64,000 bases of DNA from Enoplolaimus lenunculus (taxonomy: Eukaryota). Both the position numbers and the translations under genes were made by a program. Shown piece by piece: positions 35,018 to 49,119 of the stretch; position 1 is the first letter of the stretch; each line of letters begins with the position of its first letter. The notes beneath the pieces were generated by a model. The model was not told the origin of the DNA. It ran no database searches and was given only the letters and a program-made list of their open reading frames with translations. The stretch covers positions 62,001 through 126,000 of the forward strand of contig JASANG010002792.1 in assembly GCA_030248215.1 (NCBI GenBank). The letters are read 5' to 3'.

Positions 35018-36421
35018 TAGGTGCTATACACATTTGAGAATATTTTCAAGCTAGAAAACACATTCGACCCATATATATGGTTTATTGTGACCTTGTACAG
35101 TTAGTTATACCAGCTTGTTTTTAATCGCTATGTCGCTGCGCTTAGGCGACCACAACCAAAATACTGCACCTGCGTCAAAGTAGTTTTTTGTTAAACAGAT
35201 ACATAAAGTAACAAAAGGGGGCAACAAATGCTGCACCCTAATTTTATAAAAGGGCATAGTCAAATAAGTCAAATGTTCATTACTGTAGAACGAACAACGA
35301 CACGAGCGATAGTGACACTTACACTGTGTGCGATTGTAAAGATTTTTTGCCGTTTTGCACAAACTGCGAGTAGTATAATTGTGCAATTTATAGCGCTTCC
35401 ATCGTGTTGCTCAAGGTTATTGGTCAAAGTACACACATAAGACAATAACCAAGGTTACAGTACGGAAATTTTTATTCAATTCCTCGAAACAAGCACGTAT
35501 TGCTTCGTTTGTAGGAGTTCCGGTAATTACTTAGACAACCGAATAGTTCCGCGTCTGATTGAGATAGCATCGCGTAAAATTTTGCTGTACTCTCAAATAA
35601 GAACACTAAACCGAATATCTCGTAACATTGGTACATATAAGCTACAGTTCACGGGATTTTCTTAGCGTATGGTGCCACTCTCTAAAAACTTAAACTTTAT
35701 AGCTTAACTAAACTTGGATATTAGATTAAGTAAAACTCAAATGGCTGGACGGACAAACTAAACTGGAATTTTAAGTTTTACTTAAATTAACGTTTTTTAA
35801 GTTTATCACGAGTTGAAGTTCAGCTTATTGTTGGTTTAAATAACAAATATATACAGCTCAGATAAGTGTATCTATAAGATCATTAAGCTTAGGTTAAACT
35901 AAAAATACGTAAGCTTTAAAGTAAGTTTAAACGCAAACCTACCTGTTAATTTAGTTAATCTAGAAAGTTAGTTAATACTACTGGATGAGCTTAATCTTAA
36001 ATCAAGTTAGTTTAAACTTATACACACCAGTGACGTGTTTCGTACTGTGCTGATCCAATTTACAACGATAATCAATATTCTCTGAACAGATCATCCTTTA
36101 AATGTAAGTGGAAACACTTTAACTATCGTAATCGAGTAGAAGTATTTCTCGGTAACTACGTAAACGGGAAAACCCAAAAAGAACAGTACTTACGATCCCA
36201 TTAAAATTGTATATGGCATAAAGTAATTAACAAGTCACTATGCATCCAGCTTGATTATATAGATAATCGGCTGAATTACGGCTTTGGTTACGCCAAGAAT
36301 ATATATCCTTCCTTTTCGGAAATGAAAAAAGTTTCTTACGAGATTTCGTTTTTAAAAAGAAAAATAGTATTTCAACTGTGTAATTTTCAGATGGTTAAAA
36401 AACTACATATAGAACAATTAT

Positions 36422-36491
36422 CAGGGATGGGCGGTCTCGGTCGAAAAAGCGAGGCCGAAACTGAGTCCGAGACCGAGACCGCCCACCCGTG
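36422..36491. mobile_element. Very short hAT-type MITE
   Basis: TSD acaattat/acaatcat; cagggatgggcggtctcggtc...gaccgagaccgcccacccgtg. Confidence 0.65.
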
Positions 36492-37278
36492 ACAATCATA
36501 CATGTAAACTGCTAGTCCATCGGCTGAGAGACATTTAATACGATCACCACGGAGATATAAGAGCTTGACGCTCGAATCTGATGGACATTGATGTCTTGTG
36601 GAAACCTTGTAGTAAACCAAGGTGTATTTCTTGTTAAACACAAGTCATTGTGGACGTTTAGCTCATTCGCAGGGCATGAAATACTTGTTTTTTTTCAAAG
36701 AGTGTCACCAAGGCGATGCATCGCAACTGACACATGATTAATATAACAAAATTTTATTCTTTAACAGAATGTTTTCGCTGATCAGCCCTAGGGCAGATAT
36801 ACAAATGTTGTATCAGCTTTAGGGCTCAAAAGTGAACAAAAAAACTAAATTCTAACAATATTCTGGTTTAAAAAAAAGTACCGAATAAAAACCAGAAAAA
36901 GGTCTCTAAGTAATGTATTGCTTAGAAAAGAACGATTATTATACCGCACTGCTGCATTATGAAACATTTTACCAATCTCGGTCGGTACGTAGAACGGGTT
37001 TGGTTAAATGTCCTTGCGGGTCGCCGTCAACGATATCCGCTAGCGCATGACGTAGATAAAAGTCATAGCTACTACGGTCGATGCCAAGCTTACCGATGTA
37101 CATATAAGAAAAATGTTATTCAAATTGCGTTGTGCGATTTGGTTTGGACGAAAATTTTCGAGTAGTTTGCCCACATAGGTTTAGTCTATATGCTACGACG
37201 ACCCGTAAACCTAAAATAGCGTTTACACGAACCAGTAAAAAACAAGAGTATTTTCTTGCAAAAATCATAATGGTTACT

Positions 37279-37318
37279 GTAGTAGTAGTAGTAGTAGTAG
37301 TAATAGTAGTAGTAGTAG
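37279..37318. repeat. (GTA)n microsatellite
   Basis: Directly visible. Confidence 0.9.
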
Positions 37319-40300
37319 ATTTTTAGGTTCATTTTGTTGCACTAAATTAATTCAATACAGTTTTAGCATTTTTTAAACTGTGACACTCGCCCTGGTAACA
37401 TTCGACTTGTAGGTTTAACAAGACTATGCCACACATGGGTGCCACCGAAGGTCTTCCTCAGCCACCGACAAACTTTATTTACCCATTCTAAGACGAAATG
37501 TTCAAGCTGTGTTTTTGCACAGATGTACTTTATGGCTTCCAATTGTAATAATTAATGTATTTCGGGCAAATTTCTAGATCATAAATGATAGGTGCAGCTT
37601 AGTTAATATACATTACCCTAGTGAAACTCAGCACGATATATTAATGTTCGTGGTTTGACAGTGTGTCGACAAACTATGCAGTGTCCCTCGGGCGTAACCA
37701 GAAGACTGGTACTGGGGTCAACCCCCCATTCACGAGATTTGTAAACGTTCTTGTTTTAGATACTTTTTCAGTTTGTACCACAAGAGCCCTTCTCCTTCGA
37801 AAATTTAATAGAACGTAACCCCTGTTTTCCCAATTATAGCTAAGCCGTGCGCTGACGTGTCTTAGTATTTTAGTATTCAGGTATTGTTTATATAAAGTAT
37901 TAAATCGCCGTTGTTAATTTTCAAATTTTAAAACCAATTTTTGGTTGTTTTTTGACAAATTCAAAAAAATAATGTGTCACACTTAGATGGGTTTGTTTTA
38001 GAAATAAACTTTGTAGTAAAAATCTTATATCGCAAAATTTCACTCAATATTAGGCATATTCGGCAATATCTAGAATATTTATTGCTATTAAGTTTCGCAG
38101 TAGGATCTACAACACGTGCTTGCTATAAAAAGTGTGCAACTGGATACTTTTTGTGTTGAAACGAATCAGCGCACGTTGCGTTTCTAGCCATCCCCCCTCC
38201 CATATATATGAGGTACGTTGCCGTTAATAAGTGTGGGTAAATACCCCCAATTGAGGGGGCCGGGCAAAAATACGCGCGATGGTACATTTTGTACCATGTA
38301 CAAGCCCAGCAGCGGCACACCCTTGTCTAAGAATGATTATCTACAATTGCTATTATCAATAAGCGAAATTTTTTCAAGGAATTGAACTCTGGATTGCATT
38401 CAAATATAAACTAAGGAATTATGCTAAAATAACGTTTTGCAGGATTCCAAAATCGGAATTTTGTCGGAAGCAGAATCGGAGTCAAATTTTTTGTTGGAAC
38501 CGGTATCGGAATCGTAATCGGAATTTAAATGTTTGTCTGTATTGTTGACAGTTTCAGTAAAAAATTCTTGTATATCTGACTGTATTAGCGATTTATTTCG
38601 GTGGAACCCTTGCGTTTTGATAGACACTATACACTAAAACCGAAATCGTTCAATTAATGGTGTGTCCAACACTAGCGATTCATCGGAGAGCTTCTACGCG
38701 TTTTATTTATGACACGACATGGTTCCTAATTCTTATCAGGAAAAGAGCAGAGATGAATGCTCCCGGTGGTTAAAAACGTTTCGGGTAAAAGAAGTTGAAT
38801 GAGCGAGCAAAATAGAACAAATATTGCTTAAATTGTTTCGAATTTTTTTAAAACTGCTATTATAAATCACTGCGTATTACAAATCTGTAAGCAAAATCGA
38901 AGCATGGGTCTGACATAAAATTATTCACCGGTTTTCAGTTCTGTGTGAAAATTAAGAAAGTATGCAAACGTGCATAGGGCGATATATATTTGTTCTCAAA
39001 ATTTTCGGAAACCAAAAACTTTTTAATAAGTTTTAAAATAAGCCTACAACAATGTTACAAATTGAACGATAGGCGTTTGATTTAAATTTGAACAGCTTAC
39101 AATTTATGAATGAACGCAAACGACAAAACGCTACAAAAACCATCATCAAAAAAGCCATTCATTAAAAAATAATGAAACAAATTGATGCATACGCACACTA
39201 TTACAGTTGCGTAAATTTATGCAAAGAACTTTCCAGCAAAAAAAACGACTTTTAAACGTATCATCTCTTGCGAGAATTTGTCACTTTAGGGGTACTGCAC
39301 CCATTTTCAAATGTTTAATTGCAAAGTTGCACAAAGTTCTGGTAAGAAACGTTTGTTTTGGAACACTTTCGGATTAAAAGCGTCGTTTATGTTTAGGCCA
39401 TCCAACAGAGATTAAATCGAATGAATAATTGGTACTAACTAAAGCTGTAGTATTAAAATCGTTGCGATAAATGAGCATAATCAATGCATGAGCCATACGG
39501 TCAAATTTTTGTCGTGGTTTATTTTTAGCCACAAACAAGTTTGAGCAATAAGGGTCGCCACGTGGGTGGCATTGGGGGGGGCCGTGCCCTCCACCAAATT
39601 CGACAGGTGTCCCCCCAAATACACTGTGTCTTAAAGTAAACAATCTTGCACTGCAATTGTACGACCCTCCAGAGTTATTCAGTGCCTCCCAACGATAATT
39701 TCTGCGAACGCCCGTGAATTTGATACTTAAATTTTGCACTTTAAGCGCATAATATTCCAAAGTGTATTATTAACTTATCGTTCAAATGCTATCACAAACC
39801 TGCAAAATTGTTGCTTTACTTTGTTAAGAAATAAGACATGTAATACCTATTTTTCAGCGTATACCGTAAACACCGAACTTGAGTGACTAATGAGCCAGAG
39901 TAATTTATAACCCGAGTCGCGGTGAGCGTTAAAATTTGGTCTGTTTATGGCACTAAATTTGTCCTACTTATGTGGTATTTAATTTACGATCTACAGCTTT
40001 CGTAGATCCAATTAACCTATTTTTAAGCATGCAATCGGTGCTTATTACAAACAGTTGAAAATCCGACTAATGGAACATGATATATTCGATGGATTGAAAA
40101 TATGGGTTTGTTTCGGTTATAACCAGCTTAATTGTGACAATATTGGTTAAGCACTGAGTGTGGCTTTAATATATTATCAACATAAAACTACAGTATATAA
40201 ATTGTAACCTTTTCCCGTATTCTTAAATGCATGTAACCCCTATCTTTCTAAAGTCCGTGATTTTGCGTATAGATTTTGAACAAAATAATTGAAAAATTCG

Positions 40301-41600
40301 AAACTTAGCACATATTCGCATGTGACAAGTCCTATGTTTGAATCGAGCTTGATATTTGTAGCTGCCGTGGTTCACTTGTTTGAAAAGCCAGCAGCCAACG
40401 TGCAATAGGTGATACACAAATTTGGGAATATGGGCCATTGAGTTATCTGGGCAAAGTTTTGAATGGTTACGAGTAACGCTGAGTGTTGAATAATTTTAAA
40501 CCACTCTCGTTTATAGTTCGGTTCTGTAAAAAGATATATATTGCGGGTCATGTGACGTTGCTAAAGGGAATAATACAAAACTTTGGTACAATATTTGCAT
40601 TGCGGAAGCGCTTTTAGTCAATATTTACTCTGTAGTATAGTTGTATATTTTAATACAATTTTAGACAAAAACATGAAATACACTTTAAAAGAATATATTT
40701 TACGCGTCAAAAAATATATGTTGTGTAAAACGCATAAAAATTAATTTTTGTGTCATTTTTTAACCTTCCAACTTTTCAGTTGAGTGGTGTCTTATTCATT
40801 CATTCACTAACGAATCTGAGGAGTATGGTTTGTGCAGGCCTACGACTTCCATTCAAACTGTTATCAAAACCTAAATTTTGTATCAAAATTTAGTACTAAA
40901 ATTGCGTTTGGCATTTCAATCGCTCCGATCACAAGTTTTTTAACTATCGCACAGCCACCAATCAAAAATTTTTCATAAGCAAAAAAACTGTATTTTAAAA
41001 CGTGTATGGTTCTAGACAAATTGGCGCTGTGATTTTTTATAATTAATAAAACTTGCTGGGGGTACCTGGCTGTATCTTGTTAAAATATTGCAATTTAAAC
41101 AGTATCAATTTCAAGGTCAGTCAAAGATATGTATATATTTGCAGTGTTAGCTATGTATTATAAGTGTGCTGCATGCATATATTTAGTATTTTTCATAGCT
41201 CAGTTTTAGTGGCAAAGCCGTAGAGAATGCTTCAAAGACCATTGAGAATGGTAACTTGGAATTTTTGAACCTTTCTAGCATCAATATTTTCTATTTCAAA
41301 TGGGATCTAATCCCTGCGGAGCCATCACCGCTTGGGAACGCGTGCTTGACGCTTAAGAGTGAGGGAGCTTGGTAGGTGAAGATTGTGGATCGACGGATAT
41401 GAGTGATTGTTGAGTGATTGTTTGTTAATGTTAATATTCCTTGCACGTTTTCCAGTTGTTAATTATTGAATTTTTATGTTTTAATGACAAGATTATACTG
41501 CTGCTTGGTTTATATTGCTTGTAAGTAGTAGGTATATAGGTAACAAAAGAAAATCCTGCAAATAAACTGTATAGATAGATTCATATTTGTATTATATGTT

Positions 41601-41933
41601 GGCTGGGTTTCCAAAACCCTAAGTACATGTTAAGTAATTACTTAACCATTTTGTCGCTTTAAGAGCGTACTTAAGTTAAGTAAATACTCAAGTCGCTGAC
41701 TATATTTGATAGATTACAAATTTGCCATTCAGGCATACTAACCTTGGTCAAATTGAAATTGTAGACCATTAGTCCTACGGCAATATAAAGCAAAACTATT
41801 ACTTTCTTGTTATGACAATGGCTGACATTTGGGGTTTATTTGTTTTTGCTCGGAAATTTAAGTATTTTAAGTCGGTGACTTAAGTTAAGCACAACTAAAG
41901 TAAATACGTAAACAAGATTTCAGAAACCCAGCC
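41601..41933. mobile_element. MITE with GGCTGGGTTTC...GAAACCCAGCC TIRs (Harbinger-like)
   Basis: TIRs visible; second copy at 21853-22645. Confidence 0.65.
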
Positions 41934-44012
41934 AATCGTGCTTACACCTAGCTACCGCAGAACCCTCAAGAATTCGTCGTTGTGAAGATGCTTCAATTTT
42001 GAGCGTTGTAAACCTAGAAATCTATTTTTATATTTTTTGAAAAATTAATAGTTTTGTAAAAATTAACCAGTTCAGAGAGTGCGAAATTATAGCATCGCCG
42101 CGCACACTCGTGTTTTAATGCCTGCGTGTTCATGTGTTAAAAAGCAAAATTGTATTAAAATGTTGCAATATTTATTTAAATCTAATTTAAGTAAAAACTA
42201 AACTGCACCTTCTCGTTGTTGCAATTTTGTGCTATTTTTTTGCAACAATAAAGACCGCTATTCTAAAGCAGAAATAATTTAACCAATACAAATTTAATTA
42301 GTTTTATTGTTGTTGTCAAAGATGATTTACAGGCTGGATGGGGTAATGTTAAAATAAAATAAAAAAAACTTTTCTGCAGTTTCGTAAAATTCATTTGTTT
42401 CAGGGCTTCCAATCGATGAAAGCTCTCACGCAACAAATGGTCAAGGTATAAAGTGAATGGCCCATGTTACTTCGAGGGCTATCCATGTTTCTGGTGGGTC
42501 TATAATAGAGTAGGTTTCGATTCTAGATTACATTTTTTGCTTAGGCTTAGGCCTCCTAGGCTTCGGTTTTGGAATACGCTTAATCTACTGTTACGCCCCT
42601 AAAAGTAACATTTGCCAAACGAATAGTGAATATGTCGGAAACAGATAGTGCCGAGGTGAATTGCGTCATTTTTATTTCAAGTCGAACAATTACATCAAAT
42701 CTGTAGTGAAAATTTGATAATACATGCGCGATGTACGACTAATTACTGTATTGACCCGAATAAGATGGGGGTAATAAGAGGGGTTCCCCATTTTGAGTCC
42801 CAATCAATAGGAGTCCGTATCCCTAATAAGAGTCTGTAAGCGGATAAAGTCCCTAAACCCTAATTAGAGTCCATAAATGTCAATTTTCCCTAATTGTAGC
42901 GCATAAATGACTCCAGGACGAAATAATTTGAGTTTGAAACTTTTCGCTTACTTAAATTTTGAAAGTGCATTCCTAAGTATAACCTTGCATTATCGCTCAA
43001 GCTGTTAATGCAAGGTAAAAACCTTTAATTCAACGGATAGTTGCAATACCGGATATATAAGTAAGGAAGGGTCGTGATCCGGTTACATCGGCAAAAGAAT
43101 GATGCTACTTTCAAGGTCGTAACACTGGTCAAAGGCTACTCATAAGCAATGAAGAATCCAGGGAAACCTATCAGGCAAAGGCCAAAACAGTAATCAAAGC
43201 CAAAATTGTCTGTTAAGATTTAGCGCTCGAATTGCGTTTCGTTATTGTACCGCTTTGTCTTTACAAACACAAAGATATCTCGTAGCTGACAATTCAATAT
43301 TTGGCATAACCAAAACTCCAGCTCTTGTATATACCCGGCTATTGGAAGATAGATTTTCATTTTAGCTTCCCTGGAAACGGCCGATACTACGAGGGGTGGT
43401 ATAGTAGTATAAGCATATTCCTAAAAATAAACCTAAATCTAAGCGCAAAGGATAAGCTTATACCTAGGCCTAAGCCAAAGCCTACGCAAAAAATTAGGCT
43501 ATAAAGCTTAAGCTTAGTCTGTTATAGTCTTGCCACAAAAATAGTTTGCCTATTCGTTTGTTTTTGCTTTGACATTATATTTGAACATTGTCTTTTTATT
43601 TTAAAACCAATCATGGTTTAAAATTTATAGTCCAACTTTTATTCAAATGTGCAAGTTTTTGGAGCAAAAAACTGCATGAGTAACCAACTGCATGTTTTGT
43701 TCAAAAACGCTCACACAGCTTGCAGCAATAAGTTTTCACTGCAAAAACTTGCACGTGTACGGGCTTAATATGCAGCTGATTTTGCAAATAGTTGCGAACT
43801 ATGAAATTTGTAAATACTGCTTATGTATGAAGTAATTCAAAAATTTTGCTTACTTGGAATTATGATATAATTTTGCATTTTAAACTAATGCACATTACTA
43901 CTCTCACCTTAGTTTTGTCTCGCTACTTATGAAGGGTTTATTATTTTAGGTATTCAAGGTTATTAAGCTGAAATCGTCCTTAATATTTTACCAATATTTA
44001 ACTTGCTGCACT

Positions 44013-44198
44013 CAGGGCCGGAGCAGCCGCCCCTTTTACCCTCCATTTGGGGCCCCCCACCCGTAACGGGGCCCCATCCTAACCGGTTGAAACAAAAACC
44101 GCTTAAGTTTTAAAATGCGTGTAACATCTCGCTCGCGAGTTTGGGGCCCCCATCTTGGAATTTGGCGAGAGCCCCCACCTCTTCCTACTCCGGCACTG
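44013..44198. mobile_element. hAT-type MITE
   Basis: cagggccggagcag...ctactccggcactg; imperfect 8-bp TSD gctgcact/gctaaact. Confidence 0.6.
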
Positions 44199-44469
44199 GC
44201 TAAACTGGATATTTTGCTACGTATAATAACGAGAGTGTGATAAGAACGGCATTACCAATGTGTCGTATTGCTTGGTGTTTACAACAACGACAAGGTTTCG
44301 TCACACTATTTAAACTTATTCACGCCAAGTAATTGTACACTCTTGCAATACTCCAATATCAAAAAATGACCATGTAATTATTTCAAAGTAGCAATAAAAT
44401 TACAGCTATTTCTTCCGCCAAGTAAATATTTTAACAAATGGTAGGTAGGGTATTTTGACTGTGTTTTTC

Positions 44470-44745
44470 TTGTGCCAAAATTAGATTTTACCAAAAAATT
44501 TTAATTTCACGCTAAAGTTTGCATTTTCAGGCTAAAATTTTTCCCGTCAAAACTTGAATTTTTCCGCCAAAAATTAAATTTACCGCGAAATTTGTATTTT
44601 CTCGCCAAAATTTGAATTTCGCGCCAAAATTAATATTCTCCCGCCAAAATTTGAAATTTACGCCAAAATTAGAGGTTTGCGCCAACATTTGAATTATTTC
44701 ATCAAAATAAAAATTTCTGGGCCAAAATTTGAAAAATTAAAAATT
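44470..44745 (-). repeat. 20-bp satellite (TTTTGGCGGGAAATTCAAAA-like), reverse orientation
   Basis: Repeated cgccaaaattt units at ~20-bp spacing. Confidence 0.75.
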
Positions 44746-45111
44746 TTAAACCCTGTAGTTTCTAAACATTGATCGTACAATTTACACTGTATTTGAAAAG
44801 GGAGATGTTATTTACACACTATGTTTGCCCGATCACTTTATTTTGTAGGTCATTTGTATAGCTAGCTAGAATTTTGAACATTATTTTAAGAGAGCGTTCG
44901 TAAATTAGCTAAGTATTGAAATGGTGGGACATTTTTTGACATTGGCGAGAGCAGTATAATCTGAATAGTGCACACAGAATTTTGTTCGTAATTATTTCAC
45001 TTTCAGTTTAAATAACATCGCAGATTTCAAGAAAAAAATACGGTTTTATTCAAGACAAAATAAGGCACTGAATTATTAAACCAACTTCACACAAAAAAAT
45101 GTGATATCTTT

Positions 45112-47439
45112 TTATCCAGCTCGACGGATCAAATTTACAGGATCGTTCGAAGCCGCCGGCGGAAGCACTTCATTTTCATCTTCACCAGGCGGTGGTGGTT
45201 CTTCAGGCGGAGACGGTGGACGTATATTAACTTGAACCGTAGTGGGTTCTTCAGGCTCTTCATCAAATCGCCACGAGTATCCTAACGCATCTTCTGAATC
45301 AAACTTTTGAAGCAATTCTTCTCGAACTTTGTACAAAACGCATTCGCGTGCACATCCACGTGAAATAGTTTCGTTCGTTTCACAAATAAGCGCATTCGAT
45401 GCACGAAATTCTTCTGGGCAATATTTATTGCGCGCATAGTATTTGTTTGGCTCACGTACTGGTTCAATGGTGTTATTGCAAAATTTGCATACAGTTGCAC
45501 AATGCGATACCATATAGATTAAGTTCGATGTGCATTCGCCATTTGCTGCACGCGTTTCGCAATCAGATCGGTACGGCTGGGGCAAAGTGTTGTTCCAAGT
45601 ATCACAATCGGTGTCTGAAATTCAACTCTTGTACACTTCCATACACGTTTAAAGCTAAGGCTTAGACTTTGGTAAAGGCTTTGGATTAGGTAAGCATTCT
45701 GGTCAGAACAGCAAACACTGCGACTGTAGAGCTAAACATACACTTTTAACCAGTAAAACATTTCGAGACTGAATTTGTTTTAATTTTTAACGTCAAACCA
45801 TATTATTTTCATCTGTGTAGCACCTATCACCAGTATAATAGAAAACGTTGTACAACGTGTCAGCTGTAATAAGAAGATGCACAAATTTCAATCCTCAAAA
45901 TTATTTATAATGTGAACCTGTGCGCGTCTCAATAAACAAAATCTAACTCAGATGCCAAGTGGGACAAATTATTGAGCGAAGCGAAACTCCGAGCGACCTC
46001 GGAGTTTCGCGAAGCGTTTTATGTTTTGTACTTGGGGGTCGAAAGGTGGATGTCCGTCCGTCCGTCCGAAAAGAATCTCAGGAACGGCTGAACCGATTTT
46101 GATAATTTCTTTTTGTTTGAAAGCCAATTATCATGGGGTGTTAACCTCGCATTGGGGTTTTAAAATTTTGGGCCGTTTATTAGCTACAGGCTAGTTTGCA
46201 TAATCAATTAAGCCTAAATTAGTACTTTCCGCAATATTTCACTAATTATTACCGTTAGAAGCAATCTAACTTTAGCATTAAAGGGTTTTCGGGTGCGAGG
46301 AATCTGCGTAGACTGTTTACAACCCTCCAAAACCGATGACTGAGCAGTTAGCTAATAGATAATTAGCATATTAGCATGGGTTATAAGACTAAATTAGGAC
46401 TTTTTACAATATTTCACTAATTATTAAGGTTAAAAGCAATATAATTTCAGCACTAAAGGGATTTTAGGTGCATGGAATTTGAATAAATAGTTTACAAACA
46501 TCCAAAACCGATAATTGAATAGTTAGCTAATAACTAATTTGCATATTAGCTTAATTGACAAGACAAAACTAGGACTTTATAAATTATTTCAATAATTTTT
46601 AGGGTTCACTGAAGGTTTTTTGGTGCGAGGAATCAGAATCAATTGTTTACAAACCTCCAAAACAGATAATTGAATAGTTAGCTAATAGTTAACTTACATA
46701 TGAGCTTAATTGACAAGACAAAATTAGGACTTTTTAAATTATTCCAAAAATTATAGGGTGGCTGAAGGGTTTTTGGGTGTGAGGAATCCGAGAAAATTGC
46801 TTACAAACCTCCAAAACCGATCAATGAATAGTTAGCTAATAACTAATTTGCATATTACCTTAATTGCTTACGTGTGTTCGAGCTTCGCTCAATAAATGTA
46901 GTCCCACTACGAGTGGTATATATACCGGATGTGACTGAATATTTGGTTCACCGGATATAGTAAAAATCTATCTACGAGTTCTCCGATACTCGTTCTTTAT
47001 CCGGTTGCCCACTTAGAAATAGGGGTCGAGAACACGACATATAAGTATGAATAAAAACGAACCATAAGGGCCCATAGCCAAAGAGGGGGCAGGGGAGCTG
47101 AGCCTCCTCTGGCAAAATTTTGCCCCCCCCCAAAAAAAAATTTTCAACCTTGCTTGTAAATCGCCAAAAACCCTTGTATGCACTGGCTGCATGCCTGTAA
47201 CCATGGTTAACAACGTATACCTATTGCGTCATCGAACATATACTTGGACGGGTACATTGGACATTGTTCAATTGGAACACATTCGCTTCGATCAGAATTC
47301 ATTTTGAATCCAGCTTTGCACGCGCAACCAAATTGTTCTTTGTCTTCGCGACATCGCTTCCTGTTGCCATACGACGAACCACAAGTTCGATACTTGTCAC
47401 ATTGATAATTTGTACTCCATATCATATTTGGACCACAAC
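45112..47439 (-). CDS. Secreted Cys-rich protein, 3' part: TIL domain exon 47439-47221 and ShK (ShKT) domain plus acidic Pro-rich tail exon 45614-45112
   Basis: TIL-like CGPNMIWSTNYQCDKYRTC...C...FGCACKAGFKMNSDRSECVPIEQC. Six-Cys ShK CDTW...DCETRAANGECTSNLIYMVSHCATVCKFC. Phase-1 junction with a tttcag acceptor; stop at 45112-45114; AATAAA on the minus strand at ~45050. Confidence 0.8.
45968..46920 (+). mobile_element. Non-autonomous Helentron/DINE-1-like (HINE) element with internal tandem repeats, in the intron between the TIL and ShK exons
   Basis: Subterminal inverted repeats ttattgagcgaagc ... gcttcgctcaataa, (GTCC)n microsatellite, core atctcaggaacggctgaaccgatttt, four ~155-175 bp tandem units (46216-46870) and a 3' hairpin ccactacgagtgg. 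Confidence 0.7.
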
Positions 47440-49119
47440 CTAAAACGAACCAAACACAATATCAAAATACTTCAGTAAAAATTTTATTTTTTCAATAAAC
47501 TATTTGGTTAGTGAGACAGTTGTGGCGAACGATAAACTCACAATTCGGCGTAGGGTCTTTTAAAGTTGCGATGGGTTGAAGGAGGCGGAAAGCACCCGGA
47601 GTATCCAACGATAGAAATTTTTTCAATGTGGGAGAAAAAAATTTTTTCTTGCGAACTGAGGGTCAGACTTGTAAAATAAGTGCTAAATGTTTTTGCCGTG
47701 TTTATAAGTCTTGACAAATCAGCAGCGCTTCCTTCTTAAACCTGTTTAGGGTCGCTAACACGTTGAACTGGCTACGGGTTGTTTGATTTAGTGACGTATA
47801 ACCGTATAACAGTTGCGTAATTCGACGGAAGCCATACGGGGAGATCGTTGTCAAGTATTTTTTTCTTGAGTGTGATGAACACGTGTAACGATTATCCAAG
47901 AGTTACATACAGCCTTGCTGAAACAACATTGGAGTAGCGTGCATTCTGAGCTAGAAACAATGGATGGTCATTCGACAGCTATGCCAACAAATATGGAAAT
48001 ATTGAATTTTCTGTGACCTCCGAGCACAAACTCTGCATCGGAATGGCTCGATTTGGGACTTCCAACGTATAAAAATTAGTCGAATACAATATGTATAAGA
48101 ATGATATTATGTCTGTCCGTAGCGGTATCATTTCAATGCAGAAGTAGTCAACCAGGGAAGAACATCCCAACCGTGTAAAAGCGGCCTAACCTGTAAAAGC
48201 GGCCTTAGTGACCGTCATGCCGTAAGCATAGCTTAGCCGATATCTACTCGCGCTCAAATTTAATTACGCAAAGTCGGACCGAGGTAAAGCGATTTAACAG
48301 CCGGAAAGATGGAACTTTGTACTTTTGCGCTCCTTGTAATATGCAATTGTGTGTAAAAATAGAAAAACTGTAAATGATTGGGATTTTGAATTGGTGTGCC
48401 CCTTGTATGCATTTATCATAAGGACACGGTAGTGTCTCTTATTTATTTATTATTTATTTATTTTTTATTTATTTTATTTTATTTATTATTTTATAATATG
48501 TTTTACCCAAAATTTTTGATTCTAAAAATCGTTCATATTTTCATGCAGCTAGTTTAGATATGTATAATTTATCGCATGTAGCAACATCATACTATAAGCT
48601 TACTACATACAATGACAGGTTCCATTCAAATTCTGTAGTAGCAAACTAGGCGAAAATTTGCTCTAATTTTTGTGCAAATTTTCTTCGTATTTTGACTCAG
48701 ATAAACGGTGTCGAAGTAAACTATAAAACTACGCAGCCCCGGTGCATAGAGCCAACAATTATTTTTTCAGCATTGCCTAGTGTGTTGGCTTAGCGTATTG
48801 TTATGCAACAGTTGATGCTACATTATCTGGTTTTTCGTCATATTGTGCGTTGACTTTTTTAAAATCTGTAAAGAAAATTGTTTTAAAAACAGGAATATAC
48901 ATAGCTAGGTAGAGCAAACTATCATGAATGCGGATGGATTAAAATAATAATTGGTGGGGTTGGTGCATCGGTTATGAGTGACTTAATAATCTTGGTAAGT
49001 TAGTGGTTATCAGTGACTTAATAATCTTGGTAAGTTAGTATCAATTCAATTTTGTTTGTTGTTCGATCTTTTCTGTATCTATACCCGTATCAGAACAAAG
49101 TTACTTTTGTAAAGTTGTG

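Noticed and set aside
36959..37165. Relatively GC-rich short ORFs on both strands
   Set aside because: No recognisable motif and no linkable neighbouring exons.
47702..47899. ORF ending ...LATLNRFKKEALL, reminiscent of a LINE ORF2 end
   Set aside because: Too little motif support (no WNxL) to call.
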